Positions 21,835 through 31,937 of a stretch of DNA of 64,000 nt are shown piece after piece. The translations under genes were made by a program, and so were the position numbers. Within the stretch, counting starts at the first letter, position 1, and every line of letters starts with the position of its first letter. The stretch comes from Nannocystales bacterium. GTDB lineage: Bacteria; Myxococcota_A; Polyangia; Nannocystales; Nannocystaceae. The notes under the pieces are model-generated. The model saw only the letters and a list, made by a program, of their open reading frames with translations, did no database searches and was not told the DNA's origin. Where the stretch lies: NCBI GenBank assembly GCA_050633305.1, contig JBOEGF010000014.1:395436-459435 (forward strand), written 5' to 3'.

Positions 21835-22641
21835 GTGACCGAGACGTTCGACCTGGAGGTGTTCATCGCCTTTGCGCACGAGTTGGCCGACGCGGCGAAG
21901 CTCGAGACCTTGCCGCGGTTCCGTTCACCGCTCGCCGTGGACAACAAGGTCGCTGCCGACTTCGATCCTGTGACCGATGCGGACCGTGAAGCGGAGCGGG
22001 TGATTCGTGCTCTGATCGAAGACCGGTTCCCCGAGCACGGCATCCTCGGCGAGGAGCACGGCGAGCGGTTGCCTCAGGCCCACCGTCGTTGGGTGCTCGA
22101 CCCCGTGGACGGGACGCGCTCTTTCATCTGCGGTTCCCCAACCTGGACCACGCTCATCGCTCTCGAGGCGGATCGAGAGCCGTTGCTCGGTGTGATCGAT
22201 CAGCCCTACGTGGGCGAACGTTGGATCGGGACCGATGGACGAGCATGGCTGCATCGGCATGGCAGCGTGAAGGTGATTCGTACGAGCAGCTGCCGATCTT
22301 TGGCGGACGCGCGAATCTCGACGACCGATCCCCGTGCGGCCGGCTACTTCGATGAGGACCAGGCCGCCCTCTTTGCGCGCATCGCCGCGGCAAGCAAGCT
22401 CGCTCGTTTCAGCATGGATGCCTACGCATACGCCTTGCTCGCCAGCGGAGAACTCGACCTGGTGATCGAGTCCGGTCTCCAGCACTACGACTACGCCGCA
22501 CTCGCGCCCGTGGTTCGAGGCGCGGGCGGGGTGATCACGGGGTGGGGTGGAAAGGCTTTCGACGCGGCCGGTGGTGGGCACACCGTCGCGGCCGCAACAC
22601 CCGAACTGCATGCGGCTGCCCTGGAGTACCTCAACGGCTAG
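21835..22641 (+). CDS. hisN: Histidinol-phosphate phosphatase (inositol monophosphatase family)
   Basis: FDPVTDADREAE, GILGEE, WVLDPVDGTRSF, DAYAYALLASG motifs. Confidence 0.8.
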   Translation: MTETFDLEVFIAFAHELADAAKLETLPRFRSPLAVDNKVAADFDPVTDADREAERVIRALIEDRFPEHGILGEEHGERLPQAHRRWVLDPVDGTRSFICGSPTWTTLIALEADREPLLGVIDQPYVGERWIGTDGRAWLHRHGSVKVIRTSSCRSLADARISTTDPRAAGYFDEDQAALFARIAAASKLARFSMDAYAYALLASGELDLVIESGLQHYDYAALAPVVRGAGGVITGWGGKAFDAAGGGHTVAAATPELHAAALEYLNG

Positions 22642-23420
22642 GTGCTGCGATCAGCGGGGTCCTGCTGGTAGAACCCTCTCAGGACTTCGTACAGCTCGGA
22701 GTGCTTGCGCTGCATCGTCTTGCCCTGTTCGAAGAACTGCTCGGTCGCGACGGCGAAGAACTCGGCAGGGTTCGTCCCCGCGTACGCGTCGAGGAACGTC
22801 TTTCGCTTGCGGTCGAGCCCTTCGTGCAAGACCTCCCACTCCCTCTGGAAGACCGTGATCCACCGATCGTAGACATCTTGGTCGTGGATGCACGGCACGC
22901 CATCAGCACCGCCCGAGAGCATGTCGAGCTTGTGGGCGAACTCGTGGAAGACGACGTTGTGGCCGTCGTTCGCGTCCCTGCCCCCGCGCAACACAGCGTC
23001 CCAAACCAGGATCAAGGGTCCATTCTTGAATGCTTGGCCAAGGATGGGCATGCCTTGGTCGGCCATCTCCGAGGACACTTCGAACATCCCGGGCTTTCGC
23101 GCTGGTGTCCGGACGGCCGAGGGATAGACGAGGATCGACTCCACGCTTCGATACAAGTCGTGTGGCAGCTCGAGCACCAGGAGACACGCTTGCCCTGCGA
23201 TGGTGACCCGGACCTCGTCGTTCATCTCGAGCCCGCCCAGGCCCTCCCAGTTCTTTTCGGCGACAAACACCTGGACGAGCTGCTTGAGGTTCGCCTGTTC
23301 TTCGGGGCTCAACGACCGCCACACGGCCATGTTGCTCTCCAGGATGTCCGACCAAGCCTCATCGAAGGGGTTGGCGAGGATCTTGTCGCGGCGACGCTGT
23401 CGGAGCCAGTCGAAGAGCAC
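22638..23420 (-). CDS. MtfA-like zinc peptidase (M90)
   Basis: IAGQACLL, NVVFHEFAHKLD, YAGTNPAEFFAVATEQFFE. Confidence 0.9.
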   Translation of the reverse strand: MLFDWLRQRRRDKILANPFDEAWSDILESNMAVWRSLSPEEQANLKQLVQVFVAEKNWEGLGGLEMNDEVRVTIAGQACLLVLELPHDLYRSVESILVYPSAVRTPARKPGMFEVSSEMADQGMPILGQAFKNGPLILVWDAVLRGGRDANDGHNVVFHEFAHKLDMLSGGADGVPCIHDQDVYDRWITVFQREWEVLHEGLDRKRKTFLDAYAGTNPAEFFAVATEQFFEQGKTMQRKHSELYEVLRGFYQQDPADRST

Positions 23421-23453
23421 GAGCGAACTGTACCTTCGTATGTTCGCGCGTGC

Positions 23454-23900
23454 TCAGTCTCCGCAATCGCCTTCGGGAACACGCCACGGTGTGTTCGGGT
23501 CGGGAAGGCAGGCGTCGAGGTCGCTGCAGTTCCCGACGCAGCCTCGACAGCCCTCGAACGTCGCGAGGTCGGCATCGCTGGCATCGACGGACTCGAGAGC
23601 CTCCACGCAGCGCGCGAGGACCACCGCTCGCCGGTCCTCGGGAAGGTCGGTGCCGCTGACCGCCTCGACCGAGCTATCTTCGGTCTCCTCGCAGTAGCCC
23701 AGGATGTAGTCCTCGCAGGCCTGCACGTAGCGCGGGTCCTGGGGCGTTCCCGCGGGCTGTGGCCGCTCCGCGATCGCGGGGGATTTTGAGGCTATCGCAG
23801 GCGGCGTCGATGCGGCCGAGCTCGGCGGCGGAGCGGCGTCCGCCCTTGTACGGCATGCGGCCAGGGCGACAAGGACAGTGAGCGCGGCCACTCTGAGCAT
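23454..23900 (-). CDS. Hypothetical Cys-containing lipoprotein
   Basis: Lipobox LAAC, Pro/Ala linker, Cys-rich C-terminus. Confidence 0.6.
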   Translation of the reverse strand: MLRVAALTVLVALAACRTRADAAPPPSSAASTPPAIASKSPAIAERPQPAGTPQDPRYVQACEDYILGYCEETEDSSVEAVSGTDLPEDRRAVVLARCVEALESVDASDADLATFEGCRGCVGNCSDLDACLPDPNTPWRVPEGDCGD

Positions 23901-24003
23901 GCGGGGAGTATACGGGCTCGGCCGTGGCGCGGCGCTCTCGGAGGGACCCAGCCGCTGCATCGGTTCGGACTCAAGTCGCTGCGTCGTTCACCTCGGCTGT
24001 TCG

Positions 24004-24564
24004 TTACAGCACGCGGATTTCCAACGCATCCGCTCGAAATGCAAGATTAGCGGCAAGCTGCGCTTGAGTCTGGGGGGCCCTAAAGGGCGGGGGGGCCCCA
24101 ACGGCGCGGTTGGGGTCCCAAAACCGGTCAACTCCGGTTTGAACAACAAAATGCCCCGAAATGCCGACGCTGAACTCGCGCAGCAGGAAAAAATGCTGGT
24201 TGTTCCAATACCCCGCGTTGGTTGGATTTACGGGGGACCTGTGCTGTCGTCCGCCGGTTGCCTTGTTGACCAGACCGCCCCAGTGGGGTCTTGTATCCCG
24301 CACCTTGACTTCTTCCACATCAAGCAAGCCCTGAGCGTTGTTGCGGATCCTATCAGCGATCTTGGCCGATATGCTGCCTAGTCTGTGAACGCCAGGAACT
24401 ACAAGGCCGATATACTCTTGGTCACCCATTCGAGGGCGGGCGCCTATGGCTGGTCTTACTCCTGCTGCATAGTTGACAATCGACGCGACGCAGCAAGAAC
24501 CGCAGTTCGGCAAGTGCCGTTGTTGCTGGATCCACGCGGCTCGGAAGTTGGCTTCGTCGATCAT
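24004..24564 (-). CDS. Stand-alone C39-like (papain-fold) peptidase candidate
   Basis: QQQRHLPNCGSCCVASIVNY, then NQHFFLL and FWDPN, in the Q-C-H-D order of C39 peptidases. Visibly lower GC than the flanks. Confidence 0.5.
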   Translation of the reverse strand: MIDEANFRAAWIQQQRHLPNCGSCCVASIVNYAAGVRPAIGARPRMGDQEYIGLVVPGVHRLGSISAKIADRIRNNAQGLLDVEEVKVRDTRPHWGGLVNKATGGRQHRSPVNPTNAGYWNNQHFFLLREFSVGISGHFVVQTGVDRFWDPNRAVGAPPPFRAPQTQAQLAANLAFRADALEIRVL

Positions 24565-24867
24565 GATGGGATTCCGTCCCCGTCCCCTAGGGCATTGAGA
24601 CACCCCAAGAGTGGATGCCGTGCCGGTGTCGGGTCAGCTGGAGACTGGTCTTGACCTGGCATTCGGTGGGTAGTGATGGCCGAGGTTGATCGGATTGCGA
24701 CGAGCCGAAGAATCCTCGGGCCGCCGGGCCGTCTGTTTGGGATCGACACTGCTGACTTTGCGTCCTCGTTCCCAAGAGGCCCGACTTCGGGCAGGCGGAC
24801 TCGGTGGAACCGGCCGTCGTGGAGGTGCTACCCGACTCACGGAAACCATTGTTGATACGGTGCGCGC

Positions 24868-25896
24868 GTGCGCCGGATCCCGACCTCCACGCTGGACGGC
24901 TTTGTCTCACCCATCACGATGGCCGCTGCACTCGTCGTCGCTCTCTCGCCCGGCTGTACGGAAACGAAATCGCGGCTCGAAGTGATTTCGGACCAGGCCG
25001 AGGAGAGGGCGGCCGTTGAGATGTCGCAGGACCAGGCATCGTTGCTGCAGCTGCCGGCCAGCTCGACCCCTCCGCAAGGGATGCCGTCTGGTGTCTGGAC
25101 CGACCTGCATTGGCTCCCCCCCACCGTGGTCGGAGTCAATGGAACGCCGCCGGGAGAACAACCACTACTTGCCCGTTGGGTGTTCTCGCAGTCATTCGCC
25201 GATCACGAAAGCTGCCAAGAGGTCGAGAGGGGACTGGTCGGCGGGTATGGTGTCGAATGGGAGAAGCCGCCGCAGAGCTTCGTGTTCTTTGGAACGGCAG
25301 CGTTCAAACAGATCGAGACCTGTGCGATCGCGTTCATGCGAGGACTGGGCGGTTCGGCTCGCATGCAAGGCCAGGCGCTCCACCTCGTGATGGACGGTGT
25401 TGAGAGCAAGGTTGTCTTCGCACGGCGGGGTGATCAACTCGTCGCTGTCGTCGACGACGGAAGAATGGGAGCCGTGGGCGATGCATATCCGGGCCGGCTG
25501 AAGAAGAACGCGGCTTTGGTCGAACTGCTCGAAGGTCTCGACCCGACCGAAAGTGTATGGGCTGTATCAACGCTCGACATGACTCGTGTGCCGTTGGGTG
25601 TGCCAAGCCGCGGCTACGTGATGCATGCAACCTCTCCGGGGCAACTGAAGATCCGTTTCGTGTTCGGCTCGATCGATGAAGCGAAGCGCGCGTATGCGGC
25701 GACGGGTCCCTTCTTCGAGGAACTCGAGACCTTTCTCGGGGCCTCCCTCCACCCCACAGCGGCGCTGTCCGAGAACGGCCTGCTGGCCACCGCTGACTTG
25801 ACGGTGCTCGATGCTCTTGGACCAGAGAAGTCGGAGGCCCTCCGGCAGAAGACGGAGGACTTCGCAGCCGGCCGCCGCCAACCGCCGGACCTCTGA
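24868..25896 (+). CDS. Hypothetical lipoprotein
   Basis: Hydrophobic stretch ending SPGC; long ORF. Start uncertain. Confidence 0.6.
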   Translation: MRRIPTSTLDGFVSPITMAAALVVALSPGCTETKSRLEVISDQAEERAAVEMSQDQASLLQLPASSTPPQGMPSGVWTDLHWLPPTVVGVNGTPPGEQPLLARWVFSQSFADHESCQEVERGLVGGYGVEWEKPPQSFVFFGTAAFKQIETCAIAFMRGLGGSARMQGQALHLVMDGVESKVVFARRGDQLVAVVDDGRMGAVGDAYPGRLKKNAALVELLEGLDPTESVWAVSTLDMTRVPLGVPSRGYVMHATSPGQLKIRFVFGSIDEAKRAYAATGPFFEELETFLGASLHPTAALSENGLLATADLTVLDALGPEKSEALRQKTEDFAAGRRQPPDL

Positions 25897-26300
25897 GCGC
25901 TGTGTGTCTCCGAAGTGGCGCTACCGCCGAGGCCGAGGAGCAGTGAAAGCGTAGAGCAGGACGAACGTCGGGCGGAGTCGAGTTCGCCGTTTCTTCATTT
26001 TGTCCTCCCTGCGTCTCCGCACCCTCAAGTTCTCGTTGGATTCGACAATGCTAGGGGCGTCCCTTGATTCGGGTTGTATGCAGAACGCCGTCAGCGGACG
26101 GCAGTGCAAGGCGCGAGGAGCGAGCTTGTCGGGCACAAGCGGCCGACGAGGCGGCAACCCCGCGAACTCCGGTTCCGCCGAGGACACCCTCGAACTCCGG
26201 TCGCTGCCCCGCGGCGGGTCCGACCGCCCACCGTTTGGCCCCGTCGCTCCGAGCCTCACAAGCCTCAGACCCAATACGAGGCTCGGCCGTACTGCGTCGC

Positions 26301-26975
26301 ATGTATTACGCCTCCGTCGTTTGGACGTGTCGCCGCGGTTGCTTGGCGGCCACCGTTCTCGCCCTTTCCGTCGGCGCTTGCTCAACCGGTGCTGCTGCCA
26401 GAGCCCACACCACGGAGCACTCGGCCCACAGGGAGGCCGAGACGTTCGGGGCCCAGGACACTGACGACTCGATTTCCAGTTCGGCATCCGAGGAACCGTG
26501 GTCCGCGCGTACCCGGGAAAGCGCTGGCGCCGTGCCGCCGGAGTCTACCCCGCTCACACCACAGGTTCCCCCTTCGGTCCGCGAGATCGCAGCGACAAGT
26601 CGTACCTCAGTCACGAGCGCGAGCATGGAGGGGATGTTGACGGAGGTGCGGGTGCCTCTGCGGAAGACCTGCCCCGCGGGCGCACAAGATTTCGGCGTCG
26701 CCGCGGCAGCCGTCGAGGGGGATACGCTAACCGTCGTGACCTGGGTCCATTCCGGTGGCTGCAACAAGCACAAGATCGGCGTGTGCTGGGAGGGTGGGAC
26801 CTCGGGTGCCTCTCCTCCAGAGGTCTCGATCAAGCTCCTGCATGAGGACGGCAACGACTCGTGTAAGGCCCTGGTGAACGAGAAGGTGACGGTTGATCTG
26901 ACTCGGGTGCGAGCGCAGGTCGGAGCGGCGACCCTTCGTGTCGGTGGCGAAACGATCGCCTACACGCCGTCGTAG
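26301..26975 (+). CDS. Hypothetical lipoprotein (HSGGC..H motif)
   Basis: Lipobox VGAC; C-terminal beta domain HSGGCNKH...DSCKAL. Confidence 0.6.
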   Translation: MYYASVVWTCRRGCLAATVLALSVGACSTGAAARAHTTEHSAHREAETFGAQDTDDSISSSASEEPWSARTRESAGAVPPESTPLTPQVPPSVREIAATSRTSVTSASMEGMLTEVRVPLRKTCPAGAQDFGVAAAAVEGDTLTVVTWVHSGGCNKHKIGVCWEGGTSGASPPEVSIKLLHEDGNDSCKALVNEKVTVDLTRVRAQVGAATLRVGGETIAYTPS

Positions 26976-26995
26976 TGGTGTCGTCGTCGGTTTGG

Positions 26996-27023
26996 TTGCT
27001 TGCGTTAGACCGATCGGTATAAT
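26996..27023 (+). promoter_or_regulatory. Sigma-70 promoter overlapped by an 18-bp TetR-type operator palindrome
   Basis: TTGCTT (26996) - 16 bp - TATAAT (27018). TTAGACCGATCGGTATAA (27005-27022) is palindromic except for one pair. Confidence 0.75.
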
Positions 27024-27032
27024 GCGGTCGTC

Positions 27033-27656
27033 GTGACTACCACACTCAAGCTGCACCGTTTCACGTTGTCGGGCCACAGCCATCGAGCGGAGCTGATGCT
27101 CTCGATGCTTCAGCTCGACTACGAGGCCATCGACGTCGACTTCCTCGGCGGCGCCCACAAGCAGCCGGCGTTCATCGACAAGAACGTGTTTGCTGAAGTC
27201 CCGGTCCTCGAGGACGGTGAAGTCGTCATTCCGGACTCCAACGCCATCCTGGTCTATCTAGCGGCCGCGTACGATCCCGACCGGACTTGGCTTCCGACGG
27301 ACCCGGTCCGCGCGGCGGCGGTCCAGCGATTCCTCTCGGCGGCGGCGGGTCCGATCGCGTCCGGTCCCGCAACTGCACGCTTGGTGACGGTGTTCGGCGC
27401 CCCGCTCGACCACGAAGCTGCCATGGACCGCGCCAATCGGTTTCTCGTCCCGTTTGACGCTCTGCTTGCAAATCGGGACTACCTGGTGGGGGAACCGACG
27501 ATCGCCGACGTTGCTTGCTACTCCTACCTCGCCCATGCCCCCGAGGGGGGGGTCTCGCTGGAGCCGTACGCGAACGTGCAGGCGTGGTTGCGTCGCATCG
27601 AGGGCTGGCGCCACTTCGTTCCGATGCCCAAGTCGGCGGCGGGCCTTCGTGCCTGA
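27033..27656 (+). CDS. Glutathione S-transferase
   Basis: SGHSHR, VPVLEDG, DSNAILVYLA, PTIADVACYSY. Confidence 0.93.
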   Translation: MTTTLKLHRFTLSGHSHRAELMLSMLQLDYEAIDVDFLGGAHKQPAFIDKNVFAEVPVLEDGEVVIPDSNAILVYLAAAYDPDRTWLPTDPVRAAAVQRFLSAAAGPIASGPATARLVTVFGAPLDHEAAMDRANRFLVPFDALLANRDYLVGEPTIADVACYSYLAHAPEGGVSLEPYANVQAWLRRIEGWRHFVPMPKSAAGLRA

Positions 27657-27709
27657 GGCGTGAGGGCATGAAGGCTTCGCGTACCGGGATGTTATGATCT
27701 CGTGCTCGC

Positions 27710-28270
27710 ATGCCCGCGCCGCGCATCTCCAAGGAGACCGTTCTCGAACGGATCACGCTCTCGTTTCGGACGCACGGCTACCACGGCACGAGCCTTCAGG
27801 ACCTGTGTGAGGCCACTGGGCTGCCCAAGGCGAGCCTGTACAACTACTTCTCGGGTGGGAAGGCGGCGATGGCTCGAGCGGCCCTCGACAGCGTCGCAGC
27901 ATGGTTGTCCGAACGCATCATTGTGCCGCTCTCCGAGCCGGGCGACCCACGTGCCCGGTTGGCATCGATGTGCACGGAGCTCGCTCGCTTCTACGACAAA
28001 GGCCGGATGGGCTGCCTCATCGACCTCTTTGGGATCGGCGCCGAGGAGGCGGGCGTCGGCGAGGCGCTGCGGGACGCCGTTGCCAAGTGGCACGCAGCAA
28101 TCGTCAGGCCCCTGCAGGATGCCGGGTTCAGCAAACGCGAGGCCTGGGATCGGGGGGAGCTGGCGGTGGTGCGAATCCAGGGCGCGCTGGTGCTCGCCCG
28201 GGCCAGCGGTGACCCCAAGCTCTTCATGCGCCACCTTCGGCGGCTTCCCGACGACCTGCTGGCGCCGTAG
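27710..28270 (+). CDS. TetR/AcrR-family regulator (NemR/LmrA-like)
   Basis: GYHGTSLQDL..ATGLPKASLYNYF.GGK HTH; GCL motif; IQGALVLAR. Confidence 0.92.
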   Translation: MPAPRISKETVLERITLSFRTHGYHGTSLQDLCEATGLPKASLYNYFSGGKAAMARAALDSVAAWLSERIIVPLSEPGDPRARLASMCTELARFYDKGRMGCLIDLFGIGAEEAGVGEALRDAVAKWHAAIVRPLQDAGFSKREAWDRGELAVVRIQGALVLARASGDPKLFMRHLRRLPDDLLAP

Positions 28271-28327
28271 TCGACACGACGGGCGCCGCTCACGACAACG
28301 CGCCGGGCGAGCGGGGCCGCAAACCTG

Positions 28328-29731
28328 TCACGCAGGCGGGGTGATGTTGAGCGCGAAGTTACCCGTCTCGTCACCACTTCCGCCCACGCCGATCAGCACG
28401 GGAATCCCCTCGGTCAGCTCGACCTCGACCTGAGAGATGCCGTCGGGGAGCGCATCGTCGTTACACGCTTCGGTGTAGGCGACATGGCAACCCTCATACA
28501 CGGCCAGGACCGTGTTGAAGTCCGAGCCTGCGGTATCGATGGTGTGGGTGCCAGTCGCCGTGGGCATGAACCGAACGAGGTGTTCCGGGCCGTCCGCTGC
28601 GCAGGGATGGACAATATCGTTGTCGGCAGCCGAGGTGTCTCCAGTGGCGACGTCGTCCCCGGTCGCCGTGTCGATATCCTCGTCTGCACAGGTCAGGGAC
28701 GGGATGACATTGATGACGAACTCGCCTGTCGCGCCACTGGACCCCTCGACCGCGAGAAGCACGGATTCGTTCATCGCCACCGTCACGGTGAGCTGCGAGA
28801 GGTCACTCCCGGCGAACCCGTCGTCATCGCAAGCGAGCTCGGACGCGCTGTCGCAGTCGCTGAATACCGCGAGCGCGGTGTTGTAGTCCGAACCGTCCGT
28901 GTCGAACGTGTACTCGTCGTCGGCGAGCGAGACCCATGCGAACAGATGCTCTGCTCCCCCGCCGCCGCCACAGGAGATGACGACGTCGTTGTCTTCTTTT
29001 GCCGTGCTTCCAGTGAGGATGGCGTTGCCAATCGCCGGTCCCGTGCCGAAATCCAGGCTACACACGGGTGCATCGCAAGCAGAGGTATCGAACGCGCTGC
29101 AGTCATCGCCGCAGGCCAAGAGGCCGCTCAGATAGCCCACGGAGACGCAGTCTTGATCGGCGAGGTTCTTTCCATCGCAGGCTTCGTCGCCTTCGAGGTC
29201 GCCGTTCCCACAGACCTGCATGAAACAGCCGGTGGTGTCGTAGTCGCTGCAGTCGTCCGCGCAGGCGAGGTCCCCGCCATCGAACCCCTGACTTGCGCAG
29301 TCTTCATCGCCGAGGTCTGCTCCATCGCACGTGTCCTTGCCGTCGATGGCTCCGTCGCCACATGTCATCGTGGTGCACCCGGAGGTGTCGTAGCTTCCGC
29401 AGTCGGCAGCGCAGGCGAGGTCACCACCGTCGAAGCCTTGGCTCGCGCAGTCTTCACCGCCGAGCTCGATACCATCACAGACCTCGTCCGCTCCGAGCAT
29501 GTCGTCGCCGCAGCTCGGCGTGTCGGTGTCTCCTTGGGTTGTCTCGCTTCCCGTGGCTGGACCTGTGCTGCTCGAGTCCTCCACCGCTCCCGTCGAGACC
29601 TCCTCCGAGGTCGTCGAAGGGTCTTGCGTCCCGGTTGAGGTCGACGCGTCGCTCACCTCGCCGGTGCTGTCGTCGCCGCAGCCAAGCGACAAACTCGTGA
29701 TCAATCCCAAGTAAACTCCAATCCGATCCAT
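28328..29731 (-). CDS. Cys-rich repeat lipoprotein with two PPC-like domains
   Basis: Lipobox SLGC; three CGDG...CDG.DL...DC.S.G...G.LAC..DC repeats; two DT.GS..NT.LAV...C...ACND domains. Confidence 0.85.
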   Translation of the reverse strand: MDRIGVYLGLITSLSLGCGDDSTGEVSDASTSTGTQDPSTTSEEVSTGAVEDSSSTGPATGSETTQGDTDTPSCGDDMLGADEVCDGIELGGEDCASQGFDGGDLACAADCGSYDTSGCTTMTCGDGAIDGKDTCDGADLGDEDCASQGFDGGDLACADDCSDYDTTGCFMQVCGNGDLEGDEACDGKNLADQDCVSVGYLSGLLACGDDCSAFDTSACDAPVCSLDFGTGPAIGNAILTGSTAKEDNDVVISCGGGGGAEHLFAWVSLADDEYTFDTDGSDYNTALAVFSDCDSASELACDDDGFAGSDLSQLTVTVAMNESVLLAVEGSSGATGEFVINVIPSLTCADEDIDTATGDDVATGDTSAADNDIVHPCAADGPEHLVRFMPTATGTHTIDTAGSDFNTVLAVYEGCHVAYTEACNDDALPDGISQVEVELTEGIPVLIGVGGSGDETGNFALNITPPA

Positions 29732-30296
29732 GCTCGGGACTATTCCACAGGCCGGCCTCGACCCGTGATGATTCCGATTCCCGGCAGCCGATTCCCGATC
29801 CCTGTCCGGGCATGGCGCACCTGCGCGGCTCGGCCAGCGCCGCGCAAACGAAGTCCTACGAGCACCGCTGCGTGGGTGAGTCCGTTCTCGCTTGGTGGAC
29901 GCCTCGAGCCAGCACATGCTTGCGTGGTGAGGGGGTGGTCGCCGGGGAACTGTGCCTGGCCCCGCTCGCGAACCGTGTTCTGTGTGTACGCTACAGACGT
30001 CTCGCGCTCCACGGGTCGTTCGAGCAGCCGGAGCGCTGATGACCCTCGTTTGGTGCGCATCGCTGTTCCATGTCCAATGCGAGGGATGCCCCGCGGGCAG
30101 TGAGCGCGAGCGATTCCCGGATGCTGCCCGTACGCGCCGCAGAAGGGCCCAGGACGCCAGGCGAAAGCGGCCGCGACATCACCGCTCCCAGCCGTGGCGT
30201 ATGGCTGTCCCCTTCGTCAAGGCCGGTCTCGATGGGTCCGACCGGACGAGAGCTTCGGGCACGAGCCCGGAATGTGCGGCCAGGCCCCGGATCGGG

Positions 30297-31937
30297 CTAC
30301 GGGAAGGTCGGGAAGGTCGGGAACGTCGGGAAGACGGGGAACACCGGCAGAGCTTGCATCTGGGTTCCGAGCCGTCGGCAGATGGGACGGGTGCCCTGGG
30401 CGGTCGGTGTCGCGTGGACGGTTTGGCCGGCCCAGGTTTCGAGCCCGACCACGAACTCGCCACGCTCACAGGTCCGAGTACGCAGGGTGCCGTTGGTGTT
30501 GGCGCCCCGGTACGGGGTATAGCTCAACGCGGGGAACGAGCTTCCGCCGACCCATGCTCCGGGGTCCGCACACGTGGCTCGCACTCGGCCCACTCGATCG
30601 CCCCGTACTTGCAGGCCGACCATGAGTTGTCCGTCTGGGCATTGGTCGTCGAAGTTGACCTCGCCTCCGAGGCCGCCGCGGGCTTCGAGGGTCTGGTACT
30701 CGGACCCATCGATAAAGGGGACTCCGAGGAAGGTTGAGCCGGTGGGGCGACAGCGTCCGCCCAGCCGATCGACCTCTCCGCCAGCCCGGCCCCAGAGCCC
30801 AACCATCGCCCCGTAGCCGGAGCAGAACTGGCGCTCGGACGATCCGGCGGTGCTGCCCGCCGCAGTGAGGTACCGGTTTGGTCCGCGGGGGTTGGTCGGG
30901 TGGTCCTGGCAGACAACTCGAAGCTGGTCGATGCGGGCCCCCGACCGTCCGTGAATCGCGGACACCGCCATCCCGGCGGGACAGACCCGCTCGACTGCGT
31001 GCCCGGAGAAATCGCCGCCGCCCAGCCATCGTGCGCTGTCGTAGCCGGTCTCCATGTTCTCGACTGCAGTTTCGCTAGCACAGAGCATTGTGAGGTTCCC
31101 AATGTGGTTGTCGGTCGCTCCGCGAACACCGACAACGACTTGCCCCGCTGGACAGCTGCGGTCGCGCGTCGATGTAGAATCGTAGTACGCGCCAACAGAT
31201 CCGGTGTCGGTGCCCTCACAATGCATCCGGATTCGGTTCACATGGTCAGCGGACGAATCGACTCGGAACCCCGTGGACACGCGGCCGGGTGGGCAGGACA
31301 GGTCGAAGGGCGAGCCGCCGTGACCCCCGATCCGGGCGAGCTCGGTCTCCCCGGGCGCTTGGCTTCGGAGCAGGCCATCGGGTTCGCCCGACCGCATGCA
31401 CTCTTGGACTTGGCGGATTGCCCGGAATCGCGAGTCTGGCTCGAACCACGACCCGGGGTGGTTGTAGTTCTTGTTGTGGGCGACCTCGTGCAGGATAACG
31501 CCGGCCACCGACTCGACCTCTGCCTCCATGACATACGAGCGTTTCACCGAAATCCGCTCGTCGCTGATGCCCACGCCGGCGCAGCCGACCGCGCTGTCGG
31601 TGCCGCAGACCTGGTCCTTGCACTCGATCAGAGTCGGCATGTCCTGGCGCAGCCGGGCGAGGACCTCCTCGGGAAGATGCCCGCGATCCTCGGTCATGAA
31701 TGCGTCCCCTACACACTCAAGGTACGCGTCACTGTGGAGCTTGCCCATGATGATCGACATGGCGTCCTCGATCCGGGATTGTTCGGGGGCCGAGCAGCCG
31801 TCGAACTCGATCTCGCCGTTGATGCGAAGGCTCTCGCCATCGGTGTCTACGAACTCGCCGGGCGAAAACTCGCTGTCGTTCACGCAACCACCCTGTGCCA
31901 CAGCGGCGGCTATCAATATCAAATGCCTGAATCTCAT
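30297..31937 (-). CDS. Lipoprotein with HExxH zinc-peptidase domain and jacalin-like beta-prism repeats
   Basis: GGAGG RBS; QGGC; ILHEVAH; six GG.GG...CP.G...G..GR.G..IDQL..C repeats. Confidence 0.75.
   Translation of the reverse strand: MRFRHLILIAAAVAQGGCVNDSEFSPGEFVDTDGESLRINGEIEFDGCSAPEQSRIEDAMSIIMGKLHSDAYLECVGDAFMTEDRGHLPEEVLARLRQDMPTLIECKDQVCGTDSAVGCAGVGISDERISVKRSYVMEAEVESVAGVILHEVAHNKNYNHPGSWFEPDSRFRAIRQVQECMRSGEPDGLLRSQAPGETELARIGGHGGSPFDLSCPPGRVSTGFRVDSSADHVNRIRMHCEGTDTGSVGAYYDSTSTRDRSCPAGQVVVGVRGATDNHIGNLTMLCASETAVENMETGYDSARWLGGGDFSGHAVERVCPAGMAVSAIHGRSGARIDQLRVVCQDHPTNPRGPNRYLTAAGSTAGSSERQFCSGYGAMVGLWGRAGGEVDRLGGRCRPTGSTFLGVPFIDGSEYQTLEARGGLGGEVNFDDQCPDGQLMVGLQVRGDRVGRVRATCADPGAWVGGSSFPALSYTPYRGANTNGTLRTRTCERGEFVVGLETWAGQTVHATPTAQGTRPICRRLGTQMQALPVFPVFPTFPTFPTFP
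30300..30347 (-). repeat. 9-bp tandem repeats encoding a C-terminal (P-x-F)5-P tail
   Basis: CGGGAAGGT x2, CGGGAACGT, CGGGAAGAC, GGGGAACAC, encoding PVFPVFPTFPTFPTFP-stop. Confidence 0.9.

Noticed and set aside
23878..24381. + strand 167-aa ORF in the lower-GC patch
   Set aside because: The opposite-strand ORF carries the ordered protease-like motifs; this one has none.
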